Shown here one piece after another: positions 19,258 through 24,949 of a stretch of 24,949 nt of DNA. Under the pieces are notes generated by a model, which saw only the letters and a list, made by a program, of their open reading frames with translations, did no database searches and was not told the DNA's origin. Source of the DNA: a virus (lineage: Duplodnaviria > Caudoviricetes); the IMG/VR virus record IMGVR_UViG_3300033076_001297, positions 1 to 24,949 of that record. One strand, 5' to 3'. The number at the start of each line of letters is the position of its first letter. The stretch's first letter is position 1. Both the position numbers and the translations under genes were made by a program.

Positions 19258-19416
19258 ACGCTGGCGCTGGCACGCTGGCGCTGGCACGCTGGCGCTGGCA
19301 CGCTGGCGCTGGCACGCTGATGCAGCTAACAGGCCATTACAATGGCTTTCAGCACGCCTGAGGCACGCTGGCACGCCTGAGGCACGCTGGCACGCCTGAG
19401 GCACGCTGGCACGCCT
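19258..19416 (+). repeat. Two GC-rich tandem arrays (14 bp x4.5 and 19 bp x3.4) built on CTGGCACG
   Basis: ACGCTGGCGCTGGC repeats from 19258 to 19320. GCACGCCTGAGGCACGCTG repeats from 19352 to 19416. Confidence 0.9.
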
Positions 19417-19435
19417 CTGGGCACTCAGTCTCATT

Positions 19436-19494
19436 TGTCTCATTTTGACACACTTTTGTCTCATATCGATACACATTTGTATCGTTTTGAGACG
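19436..19494. promoter_or_regulatory. Three 17-bp imperfect palindromes at 21-bp spacing (putative enhancer-binding-protein sites)
   Basis: TGTCTCATTTTGACACA (19436), TGTCTCATATCGATACA (19457), TGTATCGTTTTGAGACG (19478). Consensus TGT(C/A)TC-N5-GA(G/T/C)AC(A/G). Confidence 0.65.
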
Positions 19495-19591
19495 GCTTTC
19501 TCTCCCCTGCTTTCGGCGTGCCAAAGTCTGGCACGCTTGTAACATGTTGTGCTATATGCACTTATAATTTATTTTATTTTTATTTGTGCTT

Positions 19592-19608
19592 TTGGCACAA
19601 TATGTGCA
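19592..19608 (+). promoter_or_regulatory. sigma54 (RpoN) -24/-12 promoter
   Basis: TTGGCACAATATGTGCA has exact GG-N10-GC spacing. It is preceded by an AT-rich tract (19562-19585) and the enhancer-like palindromes. Confidence 0.65.
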
Positions 19609-20061
19609 ACTCTATTAGCGTGACGGGGCAATATCGCCCCGCACAACTCGAAACCGATTATCTCAGGGCGCAACAAAGCCCGCTTATGCACATAGGACTA
19701 CCGGAACGAAAAAGGCGCTTATGTACTCAGCTTAAAGGTGAAAACTGCAAGTTGAGAGCGCCCCAAAACTCCATCAGTCAGCTATGCACCAACACTGTTC
19801 TTTCTCATATGTTATCTGACTTTAGACTGTCACGGCTAACGGGATTATCAAGGTGAAACCAGCGGAGACGGAATACAAACGTATCCGGGTAGACAAAGAG
19901 CTGCCTCCCCACGATACCCGACGGTTAAAAGCTGATTGCGAACGGGTTAACAACCATAAGCAGGTCATGCACAAGTATCGACAGGACAAACAGATAAAAC
20001 GCCAGTCATTAACCCGTAATGGTTGGCACTACTGAAGCGGGTGTTCCTCTCCTTTTACTGT

Positions 20062-20085
20062 GTAATTGTCAAATTTGACAATTAC
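20062..20085. promoter_or_regulatory. Perfect 24-bp palindrome (operator-like)
   Basis: GTAATTGTCAAATTTGACAATTAC equals its own reverse complement. Confidence 0.6.
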
Positions 20086-20098
20086 GCTAATTGGTTGC

Positions 20099-20160
20099 GG
20101 GAACATCAAGGTTGGGGCCTTATGTTATTAGGCCTTGCGGTTCGATTCCGCATGTTCCCC
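20099..20160 (+). ncRNA. 62-nt tRNA-like element (complete acceptor stem and T-arm, reduced D/anticodon half)
   Basis: GGGAACA (20099-20105) pairs with TGTTCCC (20153-20159). The T-arm TGCGG-TTCGATT-CCGCA (20136-20152) stacks directly on it. No encoded CCA. Confidence 0.55.
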
Positions 20161-20180
20161 TGTCAATTACATTAATGGAG

Positions 20181-20605
20181 TGTGGGCAATTGTGGGCAAT
20201 TGTGGGCAATTATGCCCTAAAAAGTTGCCCACACTTAAACCATGCTATGTTAATAAGTTACAGATTCTGTGGGCAATTGTGCTTTTCGCAATTGCCCACA
20301 CTTAACCTCTGTTATATTCATACCTTGCAGGTTTTGTGGGCAAAATATCCGGAAAATTTCCAAATCCACCGGAGATTTTATTTCTGAACACCGGTTTGCA
20401 TATGAATATCTTCATTAAACTTCAACATGGATTTAGGTAAAAAGGCTCTTTTTTTGCCCACAGCCGCTGTAAACTATTGTTTTTTCAACTGTTAGCTGTG
20501 GGCAATTCCTGTAAGCACAAATGCCCACAGAATCTGTAAAACGTTGTTTTTTAAACAATTAACTGTGGGCAACTTTTTTAGCACAAATTGCCCACATTGC
20601 CCACA
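20181..20605. repeat. Array of 13 TGTGGGCAA boxes with 67-bp period forming a large imperfect inverted repeat; putative replication origin
   Basis: Forward boxes at 20181, 20191, 20201, 20268, 20335, 20497, 20564. Reverse boxes at 20225, 20292, 20454, 20521 (one mismatch), 20588, 20597. AT-rich centre at 20344-20453. Confidence 0.8.
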
Positions 20606-20620
20606 AAAGGAGAGAAAGCC

Positions 20621-20827
20621 ATGATTATCGACACACCCGATGGTATTAAGCTGTACACATTGCTTGCACTCAAACAATCGTTAAAGCTGCAAGCAATCGG
20701 CATGAAGTTCAGGGGTAAAAGCCCTGCATCTCAAGCCCGGTCACTGCTTAAGACCAAAACGAAAAGCTGTACGAAACTTCTGGATGAACTCACTAACCAT
20801 ATCGATAACACCTATGGCAAAAAATGA
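20621..20827 (+). CDS. Hypothetical small basic protein
   Basis: ATG 20621 follows AAGGAG; 68 aa, MIIDTPDGIKLYTLLALKQSLKL... Confidence 0.7.
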   Translation: MIIDTPDGIKLYTLLALKQSLKLQAIGMKFRGKSPASQARSLLKTKTKSCTKLLDELTNHIDNTYGKK

Positions 20828-21047
20828 ATGCGCGAAAACGCGCCCGGTTGAAAACCCTTATGAGGTCTGGGTTGCTGGTTCATGGACGTGGAAAGTCCTG
20901 AAGAAATACCAGACGCCCGAGAACGAAGCGAAAAACCCGTACGCACGTTGGTTCTGTGCGGTATCGTCTCCGCACACGTTCGGCGGGTATGACTTGGGTG
21001 ATGTGTACGTCCGGGATATTACCGAGAACGCAGTGCGAATATCCTGA
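20814..21047 (+). CDS. Hypothetical Trp-rich phage protein
   Basis: Likely start is ATG 20814 (77 aa; KTRPVENPYEVW...WKVLKKYQ...YARWFCAV). The stop is followed directly by repeat copy 1. Confidence 0.75.
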   Translation: MAKNECAKTRPVENPYEVWVAGSWTWKVLKKYQTPENEAKNPYARWFCAVSSPHTFGGYDLGDVYVRDITENAVRIS

Positions 21048-21107
21048 AGCACTACGGCCACGCAAGATGAGGTGGCCGCCAGTCAACCAACAAAAGGAGG
21101 AACAGAG

Positions 21108-21287
21108 ATGAAACAGTTTAGCGAAAAGGCACTTGGTGAAAACATCATCATATGTCCGCATTGCGGCGGTGAGGTTGAGTTCGAATTTCTCGAACAAAAC
21201 GGCGCCGGTGAAATATGGATCGATGTTTGCTGCCTTGACTGTCACGAATCATCTACCTACTATTTCGACGTGACACGCGTCGAATAG
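21108..21287 (+). CDS. Cassette 1: small zinc-ribbon protein
   Basis: The ATG follows the repeat RBS; 59 aa, CPHC...CLDC. Confidence 0.8.
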   Translation: MKQFSEKALGENIIICPHCGGEVEFEFLEQNGAGEIWIDVCCLDCHESSTYYFDVTRVE

Positions 21288-21352
21288 CTCAACACGGCCA
21301 CGCAAGATGAGGTGGCCGCCATTCAACCAAAACAAAAAAGGAGGGACGACAA

Positions 21353-21760
21353 ATGGGAAACAGAGCAGTCATCACGGCAGACGAAAAAATCGGTATTTTT
21401 CTGCATTGGAACGGCGGCCTTGAAAGCGTGCTTGCATTCTTGCAGATAGCGAAAGAACGCGGGTACCGAGACCCGGTAACGGCACATCCATCATATGGCA
21501 TGGCACGTCTTACGGGATTGATCCATGAGTATTTCGGTACACGCTCACGTACGTCCGTAGGTATCGGAACGCTTGAAAGTCTCGACGTTCAGAACGGCGA
21601 CAATGGGCTGTATATTCTCGGGCCTGAGTGGACGATCAAGCAGCGAAAGTATTCATGTAGCGACGGCCTTAAGACTGTCGACTGCTTGGGTGAATCCGAA
21701 ATGGAGCAGTATAAAGCTATGCTTATCAGTATGCGAAAGCTCCCGGTCACAGGCTGTTAG
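21353..21760 (+). CDS. Cassette 2: hypothetical phage protein
   Basis: 135 aa, MGNRAVIT...IFLHWNGG...GDNGLY. Flanked by repeats. Confidence 0.85.
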   Translation: MGNRAVITADEKIGIFLHWNGGLESVLAFLQIAKERGYRDPVTAHPSYGMARLTGLIHEYFGTRSRTSVGIGTLESLDVQNGDNGLYILGPEWTIKQRKYSCSDGLKTVDCLGESEMEQYKAMLISMRKLPVTGC

Positions 21761-21820
21761 CTCAACACGGTCACGCAAGATGAGGTGGCCGCCAATCAAC
21801 CAACAAAAGGAGGGACGACA

Positions 21821-22282
21821 ATGAAGCAAACCACGCGATTAGAAGCTTACAAAGCTATTGCCGAAGGTAAAACGGTAAAGCTGGTCTATCTGTCTTCAGA
21901 TGGAACCCGGTCCTTTTTACTGTATCACCCATCGGACGATAAAAAGAAGCGATTGGTTACAGGCAGCGGTGGCGACACATGGGAAATGAGCCCTGAGGGC
22001 CCGACGGATAAGCACAGCACAAGCGATCGCTGGTATATCATACCTGAACCGGTCAAAAAGGTGAAAACCAACACGGAATACCTTAGGGAGCCAACACGGT
22101 GCCCGGTATGCGATTATCCGGGTTTGACCGGTAAAAGCCTCGTGTCGGACGGAGGTAAAGAGGCATATCAATCGATAACCTGCAATCGCTGCGAAGCTAC
22201 GTGGGATGACTATTATTCTCTTACGAGTTATGGAGATCTCAAGAACGCACAAGGCGATAAGCTCGAAGTAACTTACGATTGA
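21821..22282 (+). CDS. Cassette 3: two-domain protein (cassette-6-like domain plus zinc ribbon)
   Basis: ATG 21821 follows the repeat RBS; 153 aa, with C-terminal CPVC...CNRC. Confidence 0.85.
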   Translation: MKQTTRLEAYKAIAEGKTVKLVYLSSDGTRSFLLYHPSDDKKKRLVTGSGGDTWEMSPEGPTDKHSTSDRWYIIPEPVKKVKTNTEYLREPTRCPVCDYPGLTGKSLVSDGGKEAYQSITCNRCEATWDDYYSLTSYGDLKNAQGDKLEVTYD

Positions 22283-22345
22283 TCAGACACGGCCACGCAA
22301 GATGAGGTGGCCGCCAATCAACCAACAAAAAAGGAGGGACGACAA

Positions 22346-22843
22346 ATGGGATGGCTCATAAACACGCATGATCGCGGGTATCGCTATTCGAACGCCGAGA
22401 TACGGAAGTATTTCGAAAGTAGATTCAATAGCGTCAAAATACTTCATCTGTCTGTGTACGGTTTCTCCGAAGTCTATATGGCTTGTGAACATCCATGCAG
22501 ACCGGGTGAAGTGTTTGCCGTAGTCTGTCTTATCCGAAACACCAAAAAGGAGTTTGGATATAAGGATATGTCTGAAGATATGGGGCCCTATTGTTACAAT
22601 GCGCCAAAAAAGATACTCGACTTGCTGACGCCTATTGATAGCAAGTACGCAAACGAGTGGCGGGCTGAGTGCAGGCTCCGTATGGACAAGCTTCGCAGGC
22701 TGAGAAAAGGCGAAATATTCACGTACGGTCTGGCAAGGTACAAACCGGTAAAGGTGACAAGGTCAACCGTAATTGTAGATGAATTAAACACCCGGCTCAG
22801 GTACAGGGTACCAACCGCCCGGATATTCGATCAGATGGAGTAA
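22346..22843 (+). CDS. Cassette 4: DUF6927-like protein
   Basis: 165 aa. 'VFAVVCL...FGYKDMSEDMGP...ILDLLT...ANEWRAEC' is recognised from memory as a plasmid/phage DUF6927-type motif. Confidence 0.7.
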   Translation: MGWLINTHDRGYRYSNAEIRKYFESRFNSVKILHLSVYGFSEVYMACEHPCRPGEVFAVVCLIRNTKKEFGYKDMSEDMGPYCYNAPKKILDLLTPIDSKYANEWRAECRLRMDKLRRLRKGEIFTYGLARYKPVKVTRSTVIVDELNTRLRYRVPTARIFDQME

Positions 22844-22904
22844 CCAGACACGGCCACGCAAGATGAGGTGGCCGCCATTCAACCAACAAAAAGGAGGGAC
22901 GACA

Positions 22905-23309
22905 ATGGGGTATTATGTAAGCTACGTAATCGATACGACCGTGGTCGAGGGAAATGAAGCTGAAGCGCTTGCGACTATCAACGCGCTTCACACGCCAAAA
23001 ATCATGAAACTACTTGGCGGCGGCAGTCATGGCTATTCGTGGGTGCGCAACCCGCCCGAAGGTGAATTCAAAACGCTTGAAGAGGCATTTGCCGCTTGGC
23101 GGTTTGAGTTTTTCCCGGAAAACAACAGCTTCAACTTTGTCGGTGAAAAGCTGGGGGACGAAGAAGTCCTTTTCAACGCGCTCGCGCCCTATCTCACCAT
23201 CGGGGACATTTACGGACGTGGGGGCGACGGTGCTGAATGGGGCTACCGTTTTACACCGGGGTGCCCAATGATCCATCTGTCCTGTGTGAAAACGTGGGTC
23301 GAAGATTGA
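22905..23309 (+). CDS. Cassette 5: hypothetical acidic phage protein
   Basis: 134 aa ('YSWV...GEKLGDEEVLFNALAPY...GxDGAEW'). Flanked by repeats. Confidence 0.8.
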   Translation: MGYYVSYVIDTTVVEGNEAEALATINALHTPKIMKLLGGGSHGYSWVRNPPEGEFKTLEEAFAAWRFEFFPENNSFNFVGEKLGDEEVLFNALAPYLTIGDIYGRGGDGAEWGYRFTPGCPMIHLSCVKTWVED

Positions 23310-23374
23310 CCAGACACGGCCGCGCAAGGCGAGGCGGCCGCCAACCAACCAACACAAAAAAGGAGGGACGATAA

Positions 23375-23608
23375 ATGGAAAACATTACCAAAAGGGAAGT
23401 TACGCGTGAACAAGCTGTCGATGCGATTTTCTGCGGCATCCCGGTGATGCTTGAGTATGAAAATGAAGACGGTGAAAAACGGCAGCTCAGGTATAAGACC
23501 CTATGGGGAATTCCCATGGTTATTGGACAGTGTGCAATGTGGACCATGCACCCGAACGGACCGGACGATCCGCCGGACCCGAACGACAAATGGTTCATTC
23601 TGGAGTAA
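23375..23608 (+). CDS. Cassette 6: hypothetical protein, paralogue of the cassette 3 N-domain
   Basis: 77 aa; aligns by eye with residues 1-76 of 21821..22282. Confidence 0.8.
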   Translation: MENITKREVTREQAVDAIFCGIPVMLEYENEDGEKRQLRYKTLWGIPMVIGQCAMWTMHPNGPDDPPDPNDKWFILE

Positions 23609-23670
23609 CCAGACACGGCCACGCAAGATGAGGTGGCCGCCAATCAACCAACAAAAAAGGAGGGACGACA

Positions 23671-24078
23671 ATGGCATACATAGGACAGAAAGAAAAAGCC
23701 GAGCTCATGCCGGCGATCAAGGCCGTACTGGACAAGTACGGACTGAAAGCCACGGTTGCTATCCGCCACCACATGGACCTTGTTATCACGATCCGCGCGG
23801 GTAAAATCGATCTGGTGAATGAATATGCGGTTTTATTGGAAACGTATGATTTCGTTCTTGCCAGCGCAGTCAGGCGCGAAGGGATGTTCCAAGTGCACAA
23901 TCCGAAAGCCAGCGGGTTCCCGGAAAAGCTGAAAACGCTTTTTTGCGAACTCGACAAAGCGGCGAAAGGTGATAAATGGTACGATCGATCGGATATCATG
24001 ACTGATTATTTCGATACCGCGTACTACATCACGATAAACGTTGGAGACTGGCGAAAACCGTACAAGTATTTGCCGTAA
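23671..24078 (+). CDS. Cassette 7: hypothetical phage protein (possibly LPD29-related)
   Basis: 135 aa, MAYIGQKEK...IKAVLDKYGLK...WYDRSDIMTDYFDTAYY. The family name is tentative. Confidence 0.8.
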   Translation: MAYIGQKEKAELMPAIKAVLDKYGLKATVAIRHHMDLVITIRAGKIDLVNEYAVLLETYDFVLASAVRREGMFQVHNPKASGFPEKLKTLFCELDKAAKGDKWYDRSDIMTDYFDTAYYITINVGDWRKPYKYLP

Positions 24079-24135
24079 CGACCACGGCCGTGCAAGATGA
24101 GGCGGCCGCCAACCAACCAACAAAAGGAGGGACAA

Positions 24136-24441
24136 ATGAACGAATGTGTGGTACAGATCAAGGAGCACCGCAGGAAGATAGCGAAGCTTGAAAAAGATTT
24201 CGCAAAACGCGGTCCGCAGTCCACCGTCTGGGGTTTCATGGTCGACCTCTTTTATGGGGGTAATAAGGAACCCGACGTTGAGCGCATAACCATTGGCTCA
24301 ATAGCTGACCCGGAAGGCACAGGCCAGGCACTTTACGATATGGTATTGGCAAGCCTGAAAAACGGGCTGAAGTTCTGGGAAGATGCTGCAAAAAGAGACC
24401 TTGCCGAACTTCAGGAAACACTGTACAAAAAGGAGGCCTAA
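24136..24441 (+). CDS. Cassette 8a: hypothetical protein
   Basis: ATG 24136 follows the repeat RBS; 101 aa. Confidence 0.8.
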   Translation: MNECVVQIKEHRRKIAKLEKDFAKRGPQSTVWGFMVDLFYGGNKEPDVERITIGSIADPEGTGQALYDMVLASLKNGLKFWEDAAKRDLAELQETLYKKEA

Positions 24442-24696
24442 GTGTATACGATATCTGAACTTATTACGGACCTTCAGCGTGCAATGAATGATCCCGATGA
24501 ACCGGTTCTGTTCGCAGGACTGTACACGCTGAACGATGTTCAGGCGCAAGCGATCGAAAGCGGGAAGCTGTGCACGCGTGAAGATGCAACAAAAATTCTT
24601 ATGGCTATTGACATAAGGATTTGCGACGGTTATATTCAGGATAGCATACGCGATGATATGGCGGAGGCTATCGACGCGCTTGATGACGATGACTGA
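24442..24696 (+). CDS. Cassette 8b: small acidic hypothetical protein
   Basis: GTG start directly after the upstream TAA, with its own AAGGAGG RBS inside the upstream gene. 84 aa, D/E-rich. Confidence 0.75.
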   Translation: MYTISELITDLQRAMNDPDEPVLFAGLYTLNDVQAQAIESGKLCTREDATKILMAIDIRICDGYIQDSIRDDMAEAIDALDDDD

Positions 24697-24755
24697 CTCA
24701 ACACGGCCGTGCAAGATGAGGCGGCCGCCAACCAACCAACAAAAAAGGAGGGACA

Positions 24756-24949
24756 ATGATATCGAACAAAAAATACGTAGGTAGTCAAGGTTGTCCAGTC
24801 TGCAGCGAGTTATGTATACAATATGAGGCATTTTTTGTAGATGCGGATGAAACCGGAACTTTCGCGTTTCAGTCAGCTACATGCCCCACTTGCGGGACGT
24901 CTTGGCTTGACCGCTACACGTTTACAGGGCTGTCTGATGTCGAAGATAA
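24756..24949 (+). CDS. Cassette 9 (partial): zinc-ribbon protein, paralogue of the cassette 3 C-domain
   Basis: Manual translation gives MISNKKYVGSQGCPVCSELCIQYEAFFVDADETGTFAFQSATCPTCGTSWLDRYTFTGLSDVED..., open to the window end. Confidence 0.8.
   Translation, partial: MISNKKYVGSQGCPVCSELCIQYEAFFVDADETGTFAFQSATCPTCGTSWLDRYTFTGLSDVED

Larger units (their letters stand above)
21048..24755 (+). repeat. Nine dispersed ~60-bp intergenic direct repeats (hairpin + A/C linker + RBS) delimiting gene cassettes
   Basis: Consensus ACAC-CGGCCAC... read as (A)CA-CGGCCAC-GCAAGATGAG-GTGGCCG-CCAATCAACCAAC(A)n-GGAGGGACGACAA-ATG. Copies at 21048-21107, 21288-21352, 21761-21820, 22283-22345, 22844-22904, 23310-23374, 23609-23670, 24079-24135 and 24697-24755. 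Confidence 0.97.

Noticed and set aside
18802-19856. ORFs translated from the tandem-repeat region (18802..18984, 19195..19545, 19208..19399, 19518..19856)
   Set aside because: Most simply mirror the DNA repeats, none has a convincing RBS, and the region is better explained as regulatory.
20099-20160. Functional tRNA gene or tmRNA
   Set aside because: It is too short for a cloverleaf and has no canonical 7-nt anticodon loop together with a D arm. It also lacks the G3.U70 alanine identity pair, CCA and a tag-reading frame.
21072-24135. ORF-track N-terminal extensions (MAASQPTKGG..., MAANQPTK..., MRWPP..., MRRPP...) as shared leader peptides
   Set aside because: They arise from GTG/ATG inside the repeat, in different frames. 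The true starts follow the GGAGG RBS.
21055-24727. Repeat hairpins as intrinsic terminators
   Set aside because: No U-tract follows the stem on either strand. On the minus strand the T-run comes before the stem.
21048-24755. CRISPR array interpretation of the nine repeats
   Set aside because: The intervening sequences are 180-560 bp, variable in length and are intact ORFs. The repeats contain an RBS, and no cas genes are present.
21287-24755. Integron attC sites (RYYYAAC occurs at the start of copies 2, 3 and 9)
   Set aside because: The other six copies lack it, there is no matching GTTRRRY at the far end, and no integron integrase is in the window.

Overview
Fragment of a tailed dsDNA phage or prophage, in three parts. 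(1) 1-18705, all on the minus strand, is a podovirus-like morphogenesis operon. In reading order: a low-complexity protein, TerS, TerL, a lytic-transglycosylase/HEXXH protein, portal, a GroES-like protein, scaffold, a Mu-gpT-like major capsid protein with a downstream pseudoknot-like RNA, a head-tail adaptor and tail-fibre-like proteins. (2) About 18706-20620 is a divergent, largely non-coding control region. It holds tandem repeats, a sigma54-type promoter with three phased enhancer-like palindromes, a cluster of sigma54 -24 boxes, a 62-nt tRNA-like element and a 67-bp-periodic inverted-repeat array that may be an origin. (3) 20621-24949, on the plus strand, is a run of small, probably early genes. 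Nine copies of a ~60-bp element (covarying 7-bp hairpin + A/C-rich linker + strong Shine-Dalgarno) fill the space between each stop codon and the next ATG. This makes a cassette-like gene array with paralogous and fused cargo domains, and it is the most interesting system in the window. All family names come from motif recognition; no database search was run.
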